From NCBI GenBank assembly GCA_037379345.1, contig CM074519.1:32018103-32082102 (forward strand): a stretch of 64,000 nt of DNA, given 5' to 3'. Numbering within the stretch: position 1 is the stretch's first letter; every line of letters starts with the position of its first letter. Source of the DNA: Perna viridis. Its lineage: Eukaryota. Positions 13,727-26,874 of this stretch are shown in pieces. The notes beneath the pieces were generated by a model. That model ran no database searches and was not told the DNA's origin. It worked only from the letters and a program-made list of their open reading frames with translations. Position numbers and translations under genes: made by a program.

Positions 13727-15988
13727 CAACACCGGTCGTTGTTATTTAATCCCTCTCTGGTATTTCACAGAATATTTTCAGTTATCTTTGTCATGGAAAG
13801 CTAAGCAAAAGGTCATCATTTTACAAATCGGCTTGGCGTTTTGTCTAAAATAACGAAAAGGTATATCATAAACGTTAAACAAAAAGGAAATGAGGTTGCT
13901 TGCTCATAGTTTGTATTATTTTCAAGGAACATCACAATCATGCTCAAAATTTGTTTCCATGTATTACAGAGTATGAAGCAACCATATGATTTTGATAAAA
14001 AGGTGCTTATTACTCCCATTCATACCGACAAGAGGACCACTTCATAAAACGTTTCAAAATAAAAGACATTCAGAAGTAGCTACACTTATGAACCATCTTT
14101 CGAACATTATAGGCAAGCTACTTTGACTGTAAAAGCAATAAAATAGTAAAATGAAGTTTTTGTTTGTTTTGTTTATGTGATGTGTAAACTTTTACTTCTG
14201 ACCTGTATTTTTTTGAAAGGGCCAATGTAACTCGTTGAAGTCATGTATGATTGCTAACATACATTTTTTATTATCATACTTTCTTTTGTGTTTCTCTTTT
14301 GCTGATCATAACCTAAATCATATAACATGTATAAACGTCTACCAATTATTTACACATTTATCCAAACATAATTCATGTGTCTTTTTGGGTTCTTATATAC
14401 AAACAAATCAATCTTGGAGAGGAGGAAGACCTTTAATTATTTATCGGTCTTTAAAATATGTTATAAAACACATGAAAAAAATATTTTGCAATAGTCTTGT
14501 GTAATGTACAATGATACTACTATCTTTAACTGGTGCAGAACTGTGGAAAATGAATAATAGGACTTCAATCTCCTATTATATAAATAATGAAAATGTGCAT
14601 TTAACGGTTTATTCACATATTCCGAACATAATTCATGTCTTTTTAGGTTCTTATATACACACAAATTTGCTCAGTCTTGGAGAGGAGGAAAACGTAGTTG
14701 TTAGTTTAAAAAAAAAATGAAATAGCGTTAGGGATAATAGTGAAAATATCTAAAATGTTGAAACTTGAGCAAAGGTTTCCCTTCGTACAACATTCAGACA
14801 CTTCAAATTTAGTCTCGTTGACTTTGACAACATTGATTTATAATGGATATATAGATTGTAAATGTTGGTATATAACCGGTGTTGAGATTCATCTTAATTT
14901 GTTGAACGATTTTCATGTATTGGAAAGTGGAGAATGATGAGTAACCAAATTTCGTAAACGATATCTCAACTGAATATAACAAATCGCACAACTTCGGTTT
15001 TGGGTCTCAACAACCTAACTATAATCAAGATTTTGATATAAAAAATTATCAATATCATTGCTTAATCGATTAGAACGTTAATATGTTTTCTGGCGTTGTG
15101 GATTTCACAAATCATGTTGTTTAACGCATACATCATTACTAAGTTTTACACCGGTTTAAGACAATTGACTTGTATATTCGTCTATTTTCACACTTCTGCT
15201 ATAAAAGTCTTTCCGTCGATCATGAAATAGATATTCAACTTTTCAGCGGCGGTAATCTGGTTGAAAGATGATATATCGTCAAAATACAAAGCCATAATAG
15301 ACATAAGAGGGAAGTAATTATTCTTTTCTCATATATGGTACTCTTAACGTTGTGTAACACGTGTTATGCTGTCTATATTACATGTGTATATTTGTTGAAT
15401 ACAAAAAAAATCAATCATATATCAAAGAATATATTGCAAATTACTGAAATTATAAGGAATAAGGCGAACGGAGTCAATTCACTTTTCTTGCTACTAGACT
15501 ACAAGTTAGCTCTTAAAATCCTTTATCTTTGGAACAATAAAAGTCGTATTCGATAAATTAAGGTAATGACATGGCGTCTTGGTAGAAAGGTCTATGTCAT
15601 CACTCCACAGTAGTTTAGTTTCGCATTTTTGGCTAGGGGTGAAACATGACATAAATGGAAACCGTTGGTTGCTATAGTGATTAAAAATGAAGAATCTATT
15701 GTTGATAAAACATTTTCTGTAAAAATGAGACTTTTAAAAGTATTTTGCAATGTTTTATATATTTTCAACGTTGAAAGGGCTTTTTTCAATGACAATTTGA
15801 CTTCATTGTGAATGTGAAAGTAAGTAAATTTTTAACCATGCTAAATTTGATAAGTGGATTACAAAGTCAAATAGATCAAAATCTAACCGGCGATGCCCAT
15901 ATGAGGATGGGGTTTTCGAAGGAGAAAGTTTGGGCAGATTCAGGGGATGAAATAAAAATTTAAGATGTTTTGCGGAAAATTTGATATT

Positions 15989-18758
15989 TTGAAAATGTCT
16001 ACGATTTACAGGATTTGCCTTTACGCCTATACGCAAATTTAAAAAAAATGCTCCGTGCATTTTTTTCTATATTAAAAACGGTAATAGTATCTAAAGTTTA
16101 ATAATTTGATTTCAGATATAGCACGCTTTCTGATTGGATACAGAAATTGTCCATCATCTTATATACCAAATGTTGTTTTGTGACAAAAAATGAATGATAA
16201 GGAAAGACTGTATATATTATTTCGGTCTGTTTGAAATAATCTCAAATTCATTCAATTTTTGTAGTCATTCCTTGCCCCAACGATGCACCTGGTCCATCCT
16301 CATAGTTTTTAGTGGAATCCGTGTTGCTCATTGGCTTGTGTTACTTTTTATGTATTATTTAGGTGCTTTATGTTCTTTGTTGTGTTTGTCTGTTTTTCAT
16401 GCCTGGTGTTTGTTCTTGGATTACATTCTTTTGATTTACGCGTGAATCTTGGTTCCCTTGATTACGTTTAAAGAAACCTTTTCGATTTCTGAGATTTTTT
16501 AAATGAAAATGACAAAAATAGCGGAAATTAATTTTACAAAGGAATTTAACTGAAGAGTCTGACTGAATTTGTTTCGATGTGAATAATTTTTAAAGTTCGA
16601 TTTTATTTCTCACACTGATTGATTTAAACTGTTACCAAACTAAACTTATTAATTCGTGTTCCAACGTTGGTTTCCTACCATTTTAGCCAATTATCATTGA
16701 CCTTTTGATAATGTGCACATGTTAATTCTAGTGGGATTTCTGTCAGCTTTTTAGATAGGTATCGATATGTAGAACACTCGTAAAGATATTCATACTCATC
16801 TATTGATATATAAATGTGCTCTGTATATAAATAATATGTTATATTAAAATATAATCAACGTATTCGAAAACAACGTTATTGTATTGTAATGCATTAGTAC
16901 TAGGTGTGCTTTCCTATTTCAATACTCTTGACCTCATCTAGTTCGTGTATACAATTTACATTTATATTTAAGTCATTCGATCGATTTATTTGGTTCTAGT
17001 GCTGCTGCTGATATGTAACTAACTGAATACATAGTACAGCATGCCAAAATTTGCAATTTTATTTAGTATTATTGTATTTATAGAAAGTCACAGATAGACA
17101 TATTATAATGAGTAGATCTAGATCTGTGTTTTGGGTACTGAATTAAAAACATGTTCTGAAAATAAGAACAATATTAGAGAAGCCTGTGTTGGTTAACATA
17201 TGTCACAATGCACTACGTAATTACACATTTGTTTTTTTTTAAGAATTCCAAGGGTCATTCTAAATATTATATTAATCTTAACTTCGGGGTAGTATCAAAA
17301 ACTGAATTCATTCGACAGGAACGGGACGAGTTAACATGATATCAATAGCAATCCAGATGCAATTTCGCTGTTTACAGGCATTCGCCAATTTTCAAGCTCA
17401 TTATTCAGGCAAACTGTATGCTGCTATATGTTTGGTACCAGACGGATGAAAATGCATTCTTAGGGACATTAATCTTATAGTTAACAATGAACAGCATGAC
17501 CGACAAATTGAATTATAGACCAATTTTAACTCATTATTTATATTAACACAGGCTTCTCAAAAATATTGTTCTTTTCAGAATATTTTTTTAAATTCAGTAT
17601 CCAAAACACAGATCTACACAAAATAATATGTTATATACGACTTTCTATAAATACAATGATACTAAAAAGAATATTGCAAATTTTGGCATGCTGTACTATG
17701 TGCTCAGTTAGTTACATAACAGGAGCAGCATGACTTAAATTAAAATGTAAATTGTATACAAGAATTAGATGAGGTCAAAAATATCGAAATAGGAAACCAC
17801 ACATTATATTACAATACAATAAATAAAAAGTTTTTTTTTCGAATACGCTGATTTTATTTTAATATAATGTATTATTTATATACAGAGCACATTTATATAT
17901 CAATAGGTAAGCATAAATATCTTTACAAGTGTTCTACATATCGATACCTATCTAAAAAGCTGACAAAAATCCCACTAGAATTAACATGTGCACATTATCA
18001 AAGGTCAATGATAATTGGCTAATTTGATAGGAAACCAATGTTGGAAACGAATTTATAAGTTGTTTAGTTAATGTTTGGTAACAGTTTAAACCAATCAGTA
18101 AACGTGAGAAAAATAAAATCGAAATTTCAAACTTTAAAAATAAATTTAGTCAGACTCTTCAATAAAATTGCTTTGTAAAATTGATTTCCGCCATTTTTGT
18201 CACTTTCATTTCGTTAAAAAATCTCAGAAATCGAAAATGTATTCTTAAGAGGAATCAAGCGAAACAAGATTCCAGCGTAAATCAAATGAATGTAATTCAG
18301 GAACAAAGACCAGACATGGAAAACAGACAAACACAACAAAGAACATAAAACACCTAAAACAATACATACTAAGTAACACGAGCCAATGAGCAACACGGAC
18401 TGCACTAAAAACTGGGGTCATGGACCAGGTGCATCGTTGGGGTAAGGAATGACAACAAAAATTTAATGAATTTGAGGTTATTTCAAATAGACTGAAACAA
18501 TATAGCAGTCTTTCCTTGTCATTCAATTTTTGTATCAAAATTCAACTAATAAAGGTTGACGACGTCAGTCACATAACAAATTTGATATATAAGATGATGG
18601 ACAATTTTTGTATCCAAAAAGAAAGCGCGCTACATGTGAAAGCAATTTATTAGACTTTAGATACTATTATCGTTTTTGATATAGAAAAAAATTCACGGAG
18701 CATTTTTTTTTGCGTACAGGCGTAAAGGCAAATCCTATAAATCGTAAACATTTTCAAA
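15989..18758. repeat. Large diverged inverted repeat: arms ~15989-17197 and ~17542-18758, spacer ~345 bp
   Basis: For example GGATTTGCCTTTACGCCT (~16011) pairs with AGGCGTAAAGGCAAATCC (~18718), and GAGAAGCCTGTGTT (~17177) with AACACAGGCTTCTC (~17545). An additional outer match links ~15568-15598 and ~19057-19086. Confidence 0.9.
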
Positions 18759-19099
18759 GTCTGCTATAGACCCTTTTGTATTAAGTTGGTGAGTTTGCTC
18801 AATATACACTTCTGCGAGGTAAGGCTTGTTAGAACAGAAGATTCGCGGAAGTGTTTATGGAGCTTGCTGCTTATTGACTATCCCACAGTTAGCACAAAGA
18901 CTTCTGTTTGGAAATGAACGATACTTTTTTTGGAATGAATTGCGTACAGAATAAATAATGAAATAGAATGACAAGTACATTTATTAACTCTATGTCTTGT
19001 TTTATTTATTTCCCGGAAGAGCAAATAACGAGCAACAATGCTTGCCCAATCAATACACATAGACCTTTCTACTAAGACGCCATGTAATTATTTTAATGT

Positions 19100-22000
19100 A
19101 TTTGGTCTTTTTTGCAAATGTAGACAAATAATGGCGGCCAAGTTAAAATGTTTTAAACTTATCCATAAATTTAACATAAAAGGGTGTACCCTGCTCTAAG
19201 ATTATTCTAATTAAAACAAACTAAGTTTTGTATAATAAAATTGATAGGGCCTATATTTCTTCATGAATGTATCTTAACAGATGCACGTGTGGAGTAAATC
19301 AGAAGTTTATACCAGAAGCGGTCTTTTAACAGAAATTAATAAATTGAGAAGTAAAATTTCTGTACACGTGATATTAGAATAATTGATCCACTTTTCTTTA
19401 GTCCTTTTGTCTGTGAACCACAGCTGATACTGATTTAAAAAAAAAGTTTTTATGATAAACCGATATAAACAGGTAGATCAAATTTCATTTTTATACGTCT
19501 TTCGCGCATTATTTCGGCTTAGATAATTTGTCTTTTTCGGGCAAAGCCACTTTTTGACATACATTGGAAGATGCAACATATAAACCAAGAATAACATGTT
19601 GTGACAGAGGGATTAAGAACTTAAATATAATTAAAGATGAGAAACCATTAATTGTGATTACAGTAAAATGCATTGAATATGTTTAAATTTAAAGTAAAGT
19701 TTCAAAAATATTACTACTAGGTTATCATTTTTGTTAAGGAATGTTTCTTAATTTTGAAATAGCTTTTGCAGAAAGTCGGGCTTTAATCAACACCCTTTCA
19801 GAAAGTCGCTCATTGATTATTCTTAGGGACGTACGTTATTATACTGTCTTCATCGTCTTTTTGTCCTTCAGTTTTTGTATTTTTGTTTATGACTCTAGTC
19901 TCTACTTTCATTCTACTTCGTTCACAATTCCATACTAGTAATTAATTGCCGAGACGATTAAAAGTGTCCGGTTCTGGTTATCTAAAGAGGAAAATATATA
20001 TTTCATCCATGTTCCGATCGACGGAAAACGTTCGAAACGTTCAAAAAGTAAACATTGAATAAATCGTCCTCTTAAATATATTAAATAAAGTAAACAGTGA
20101 TCACAATTAATGGTTTATCTTGTTTCATGTTTTTTCAATCATTAATCCTTTTGTCATAACATGAAAAGCTTGGTTTGTTTGTTGCATCACCAAATATATA
20201 TCAAAAATTGGCTTCGCTCGAAAACATTATCTAAGCCGAAATAATATGAGAAAGACGTATACAGGTGAAATTTGATCTAAAGTGCAAGCAATTTTTTCAG
20301 TAGATTTCAAACCTGTTAATATCATATAAGTACATTTTTTATTCAGTATCAGCTGTGGTTCACACACAATAGGACTAAACACATGTGGACCAATAATTCT
20401 AATTTCACGTGTTCAGGGATTGTTACTTCTCAATTAATCTTAATGCTGTGACTATTTATCCATGAGTTTACGCCACACATATAAAGAAATAAATACTAGT
20501 GATCGACTGTTGCCTTCTCGACGTGATCTTACGGTTAATCTGCAATATTTGTTGACGTCACTTTCTTCAAACGTTTTTATTTGTTGCCTGTGACGTCACG
20601 CACGCTATTGCGACCGCGTTGAAATAAAACACCTATCTGAACTGCAAATGACTATTGTAAAACAATTACAATTGTGAATATGTGAAAGCTGTATGTGAAT
20701 GCTGTATACTGTTGGAATCAGGACAGAATGATCCTTCTAATATTTTATAAGCATTGAAACTTTAAAATTTAAATGAAAAAAAAAATTCCACTATACACCC
20801 GGAACTTGCTGAACCTTTACCTGAATATGCCTCAAGTGTACATGTAATAAGGTGTTTGAAACTTTTTTTATTTTTTATAGCTGTGGCTAAGTTACATTGT
20901 AAAAGCTGTAAAACATTGATTTTATTTCCTTTCAAGAAAATATGGTGAATGAAACTAACAATTTTCATCCCCCAAACACAGTCGCGCGATCCTCGCGATC
21001 GAAGCAATCCCCCGTTTATCATTTGGACGAAGTGTGTTCAGTGTAGGTAAGAGTTAATTAATATTCATATTCAAGGTTATATTCCACGCTGTGGTGCACA
21101 TGCATGTGCACATTTCATATAGCAATGATTATCAGATTAATTATTCTTTTCGATTTTCTAAAAAATGTTTAAGCTGTTTCAAATAATTTAAAATATAAAC
21201 CTACCAATCATATAATTATTGCTTATTTCGCTATACTGAATACACGTTTCAAGGATCGAGCATACATATAATTCCCCTTTAACGCAGAAACGAAAAGTGT
21301 TGCCAACATTGAGAGATAAATTGTCGAATTCCGACGTTACCGTACATGTTGCAATAGCGTGTGTAACGTCTGTGTCATGGGAAATGAAAATTTTAACAAT
21401 TTCTCTTGTATTTTACATTGAACTGTTTAATGACTATCATTATTCTACAATAATTGTTATTTGATTTGTAATGTGTGTAGCAAAACTTATGATTAGTTGG
21501 ATGTAACAATTAAATTAAAAGCAATGTTTATAATATTGAACTGATTATACGAAATAATCTTTATTATCAAATAAACTAAATAACAACCAATGGTCAATTC
21601 TTTTTCCCATGACCTTTGACACACAATGATGATTTTGGTCTATCTGATTTTTGTCATATCTTCCAATACCTGTCGAATATTGGCCCAAAAATGAAACATT
21701 AACTAAGTCGAAATAATGCACGGAAGACGTATACAGGTGAAGTTTTATCATGTCGGCATTTTTTCTTTAGATTTTAAACCTGTCTATATCGGTTTCTCTT
21801 ATGTATTTTTTTAAAATCATTATCAGCCGTGGTCAACATAAGATAGAACTAAGAAAAAAAGGGACAAAATAATTCTAATTACACTTGAATAAAAATTTCT
21901 ACTTCTAATTTAATCTTAATGCTATGACTCTCTAGGCACGAGTTATTTTAATGGACCGCTCCTAAGATAAACTTCGGACTTACTCCACACATCTTTTAAG

Positions 22001-23730
22001 ATAAATCCATAAAGGAATAGGCGTTCTGAATTTTACTCCTCGAAAGAGTAATCAGTGGACTAGGTGCACCGGTAGGGTAACCGGTATCAAAAGCTTAATT
22101 TGATTTAATTAGAATAATCTTAGAACAGGCTACACCCTTTTGTATTAAATTTTGATATAAATTGACAAGATTTAAAACTTGAACGTATTTGTCTATATTC
22201 GCAGTAAAGACCCATGCAGTATTATAAGGACAAAGTCCCCCCCCCCCACCGCATTACTTCTGTCTAATGATATTTGGAATAGAAATGAATGTTAATGATC
22301 GACTGCTGCCTTACGGTAATCTTCAATATTTGCAATAAAAAATCATACATTATTATAAGGTTAAAGATTTCCCCCACATTGCGCAAGTATAATAATATAA
22401 CACATTAAACTGCTGCCTTCTCGCCATGATCTTACGGTTCATCTGCAACATTTGTTGATGTCGCTTTCTTCAAATGTTTTTTGTTCCTTGTGTCATGAGA
22501 AATTTGGGAAATTTCATAACTAGATTGGATATTGAGCATGTTTCCGAATTGGGTTCATTAAAAAAATATCTGGCCTGTTTTTCCATATGTACAATTTTAT
22601 TAAACTTGATTATAATGTAATTCTTGTATTTTGCTTTCAACTGTTTAATGATTTTCACTATTCTGCAATTATTATCTTAATTCAATTTGATTTGTATAAT
22701 GAAACAAGTTTTCTGATTGGTTGATTTTCTTAAACTGCATAACCTGACTCCGTATTGTGGTGTCATTTAGATATTTAAAATTAAATTATAAGCAATGTTT
22801 ATAATTTTGAACAAATTATACGAAATAACATGGTCAAAATGAAGAAACATTCCTTAACAAAATGATAACCTAGTAGTAATATTTTTGAAATTTTATTTTA
22901 AATTTGAATATATTAAATGAATTTAACTGTGATCACAACTAATGGTTTATCTTCTTCAATTCTATTTAAGTTCTTAACCCTTCTGTCACAACATGTTATT
23001 CTTGGTTTATTTGTTGCATCTCCCAATATATGTCAAAAAGTGGCTTCGCCCGAATGAGAAAAAAATAACTAAGCCGAAATAATGCGCGAAAGACGTATGA
23101 AAATGAAAATTGATCTATCGTGCAGGCAATTTTTTTCAACAGATTTCAAACTTGTTTATATCCGTTTATCATGAAAACATTTTTTAAAATCAGTATCAGC
23201 TGTGGTTCACAGACAATATGACTAAAGAAAAGTGGATCAATTATTCTAATATCACGTGTACAGAAATTGTTACTTCTCAATTCATTAATATCCGTTAAAA
23301 GACCGCTTCTGGTATAAATTTCTGATATACTCCACACGTGCATCTGTTATAGGCCTTATCAATTTTATTATACAAAACTTAGTTTGTTTTAATTAGAATA
23401 ATCTTAGAACAGGGTACACCCTTTTATATTAAATTTAGATATAAGTTGAAAACATTTAAAATTTGACTGCCATTATTTGTCTACATTCGCAATAAAGACC
23501 CATACATTATTACAAATTTAAAGTTTTTCCCCCGCATTACTCCTGTATAACAACATAACACATTAAACTACAGCATTCTTGCCATGATTTTACGATTCAT
23601 CTGCAATATTTGTTGATGTCGCTATTTTTTTTTTGCCTGTCTTATGAGAAATTATGGAAATTTCATAACTGGATCGGATACTGAACAAGTTTCCGTATTT
23701 GGTCCATTAGATAAATATCTTGTCTGTCTT
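19100..23730. repeat. ~1.1-1.15-kb unit in about three diverged tandem copies (~20090-23730) plus one inverted partial copy (~19100-19749, matching 22841-23502)
   Basis: The landmark CTGCAATATTTGTTGA recurs at ~20540, ~22443 and ~23600. TAAGCCGAAATAAT..AAGACGTAT recurs at ~20232, ~21704 and ~23069, and inverted at ~19493-19521. Confidence 0.85.
20593..21369. mobile_element. ~780-bp non-autonomous DNA transposon (MITE-like) inserted in one tandem unit
   Basis: 22-bp imperfect TIRs ACGTCACGCACGCTATTGCGAC / GTTGCAATAGCGTGTGTAACGT, with CTGTG duplicated on both sides. Sibling units at ~22490 and ~23640 show the empty site. Confidence 0.75.
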
Positions 23731-23736
23731 TTGGAA

Positions 23737-24170
23737 TATGGTCGTGGATTTAAAAAATTTCTGGCCCACACAAACCATTTTACTGCGATTGCAAACCACA
23801 GTTTTGCAAACGCTGTAAAATGGTTTACGTGGGCGAGACCTTTTGGGGATTAGATGATCGTTTTGTAGAACACAAACAAAGCATCACCAATGGTAAGGAT
23901 TATCCAGTCGTTGGACATTTTTGGGAGGCAAACTACAGCGCTGACGACATGAAAGTAAATGTTCTTTTGGATACATGTTCCGGTGAAAAAAAGCAACGAA
24001 AGCTCCTAGAACAACGTATCATCAGCTTTCTTTGGACTGCCTATCCCCTTGGAATATTAAAATCCACATTATTTAGTCTCCATAAGCCAGGTTTCAATTG
24101 CGTTTAGGGATCAACAGTATTCTCCTCAATACTTAAAACCGCTGACGAAGGTCGTAAGGACGAAAATTTG
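23737..24170 (+). mobile_element. Penelope-like element 3' remnant (GIY-YIG endonuclease fragment plus terminal region)
   Basis: CKRCKMVYVGET..RFVEH..VGHF..RKLLEQRII..LWTAYPLGI is the typical PLE GIY-YIG C-terminal half. It is followed by a hammerhead-like core. Confidence 0.8.
24142..24168 (+). ncRNA. Minimal hammerhead ribozyme-like core (degenerate), PLE-associated
   Basis: CTGACGA-AG-GTC gtaag GAC-GAAA followed by palindromic AAATTT; stem I is poorly paired. Confidence 0.5.
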
Positions 24171-24799
24171 GGCTCATATCCTTAATATTTTTACGATTAT
24201 GTATATTTTATTCTATTTTGTTCCTTTTTGTCTTTTATGATTCATTTTTAAATTATTCTAAAAAAAAAGGGATAAATTGTAAATGTATGTTTTTTTTTAA
24301 GTTAACATCGTTAGAGGGTGCATATATATGGCTGTATTACTATATTTAATAATATTATAGCTCACATTAAAATGAAGGAATTCTGATTGGATACTAAGCC
24401 GGGTATATCCCGCTATGTATAAAGCTGTAGCCGTTTGCATACGATTTTTCATTTTCCCGTTGTGAGCCTCATTACAACTGGCCGTTGTCAGTAAGTCAAT
24501 ACAGTATTTTAGTTCGGATCTCATTCCTGTAAGGGCTAGCTTGCTCGATTTGCTTTGTGTATTCACTTACATTGACAAATCAGTGTCAATTAAATGCAAT
24601 ACAAAATATTAACTACTGACCCATTTAAACGAAACAGATTCTCACTTGAAAATAATAATAATAATAATAACAATAATAAAACAAACAAACAAAAATAAAC
24701 AAAAAAAAAAACCAAAAACAAAAACAAAACAAAATTGCGCGATTAAATACCCGATGTACATGTATGCATTTATATTGAATGTTCAAACACTTTAGCACA

Positions 24800-25090
24800 A
24801 TGAGAAAAAGAAGTTCAACTTCAATCGAGGCAGATTCTTTCAATGAAGTAAAAAAGAAAGAACCGTATTATTCAGCAAGCTATCAAAAAAAAAAAAAAAA
24901 TGTTAAGAAAGTTGCATTTGAACTATCAAAAAACCGTGGATAAAGACAGAAAAAGTTGTCTGAGAACTTACGCAAAACTGCATCCAAGAACCGGAGGGAA
25001 GCCAAATAGAGACGAGGGGGGTCAACAACAGAAACTGTCATTATTCCAAGATAAACTAATGGGAATTATAGGAGAAACTACTATATCAGT
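24800..25090 (+). pseudogene. Decayed Myb/SANT-like (Harbinger accessory protein-type) coding remnant
   Basis: MRKRSS.. start and ..RTGGK..KLSLFQDKLMGIIGETTIS, resembling NAIF1/MSANTD-like transposon proteins; frameshifted and truncated. Confidence 0.45.
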
Positions 25091-25112
25091 AACCACGCCT
25101 TTTCTGGTCTTT

Positions 25113-25629
25113 GACCCCGTGCAGGTCCGGGTGTGAAAAGAATAGGCCTGCAGCAGCGCTAAGCTTGTCGTACAAGGCGACTAAATAGTGCTCAGAAACC
25201 TAGCCGGGGGCTAGGCGCTCTGCCCACAGAGCAACTAGGATGTGTGCCCCAGGTGGTGGAATGGGGTACCCCTGGCTTGTTCCATGCTGGGGTTGTCAGG
25301 CTATAATACGGAAAACCTGACCGCAAACCATAGTGGTGCACCGTGTTGGGAAAGATGCCACGTTCCTCGCACGTTAAAGAACCCTGCTGTGGTATTCTCC
25401 CGGAGTAGGAACCATAGGGCTCCGCCACAGGAGGCTAAAATGCGCGACCTTACCCATCCCCCCTTTTTCGAGTGGCAATCAAAATTTGTGGGCCCTATTA
25501 TCCTTGTGACCCATCCTTTTTTTTTTCTCATTTCATGTTCATTTTATCATCCATTTCATGTTCATTGTCTGAATATAGCTGAAATATTGCTGCTCGGACG
25601 TTAAACCCCAACAAACAAACAAACAAAAT
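25113..25629 (+). mobile_element. ~515-bp non-autonomous retroposon (SINE-like), copy 2
   Basis: Same 5' start and (CAAA)n tail as 8277-8790. Perfect 13-bp TSD TTTCTGGTCTTTG (25100-25112 / 25630-25642). Inserted into a copy of the dispersed 230-bp repeat. Confidence 0.92.
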
Positions 25630-26009
25630 TTTCTGGTCTTTGTCCCTGGATCACATTCTTTTGATTACCGCTATAAACTTGGTTCCCTTGATTACTTTCT
25701 TAGAGGATCAAAAGAATACACATCTGAGGCCATGTCAACGAAGCTTTATTGGGAATAGGACGTGTCTTAAGATGGTCTTAGGACATATCTTTTTCCCAAG
25801 TAATGTCAACAAAAGTCTCCTAACTTAAGATACGTCATAAAATTTGCCATTAAATTAGAATACCCCGATAGGTAACGTAAGATGATCTTAGGATACGCCT
25901 AAAACTTAAGATAAACTTAAACTGTCATAAATTGAAAGAAAAGCAACAAACATGGCCGCTGTATTTGTACATCTCAGACATGTTTTTAGAGATAGAGATA
26001 ACCCATTAG

Positions 26010-26199
26010 ATTAATATTTTCATGTCCTCTGTTTACGGCATTTCCTTTATGGCAAATATTTTCTTCTACACCTTCGTTTTGCATCATAAGAAATAACATT
26101 ACTCTGTTAAATGTTGTTGCCTTATTCTTCTTAATTTCAGCCAACATGATTTGAATTACAGTTTCCGCAAAATGTGGATTCCTTTTCTTACTACTCATG
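26010..26199 (-). pseudogene. Decayed Myb/SANT-like (Harbinger accessory protein-type) coding remnant
   Basis: MSSKKRNPHFAETVIQIMLAEIKKNK...EENICHKGNAVNRG fits the KKRxxNFsxxExxxLxxev..W.eI..kvNav pattern. It adjoins TTAAGA-rich repeats (25740-25925) like those of Harbinger-type MITE subterminal regions. Confidence 0.5.
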
Positions 26200-26576
26200 A
26201 TTCGTACAGCAAAGTGGGAATTAAAGGTAATCATATCGAGTTTTATTTTCGTAGTACATGTATGACCTGTTTTTCCAACTTCCCAATTTTTACCTTGATA
26301 TTGCCATTTTAATACGGACTTTTCTATTGACTATTGCCCAGAGTTTATCAGTACGGTAATTAGTTATCCTTTTGGAACGCAATAATCAAATGAAGAACAT
26401 ACTAATATGGTTTAATGAGTAACCTCGAATTGATAACTGTGCAAATGTGATTGGTCGCAGAAACCGCATAACTTCCTAGTTAACAATAGTAAAGAGGTGT
26501 TTTGCCTTTAATCGGACACATTATTTTCATTTCACACTAATTTTGACTACAAGTACTCATAAGTACGTGTATACTG

Positions 26577-26874
26577 CAGGGCCCGTTCCAGTAAATTTGA
26601 AAAGTAGGGATGCCAGCCGAGGTTCCTCAGAGAAGGAGGGGTGTCAGCCAAGGTTCCTCAAAAATGGAGGGGTGCCAGCCGAGGTTCCTCAGAAAAGGAG
26701 GGTTGCCAGCCGATATTCCTCAGGAAAGAAAGGGTGCCAGTCGAGGTTCCTCAGAAAAGGAGGTGCAAGGATATTATTTGCCATTATTTGTCAATTTTAC
26801 ACGTGAAAAAGGCAAATTTTCCAATAAAAATGGGAGTACAACCCGACTGCATTCCTTTGAGGATATACCACTGT
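26577..26874 (+). mobile_element. MITE-like element containing ~4.5 copies of a ~33-35-bp unit; related element at 63552-63716
   Basis: Unit GGGGTGCCAGCCGAGGTTCCTCAGAAAAGGA. The downstream ATTATTTG..AATTTTACAC block is shared with 63624-63653. Confidence 0.65.
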
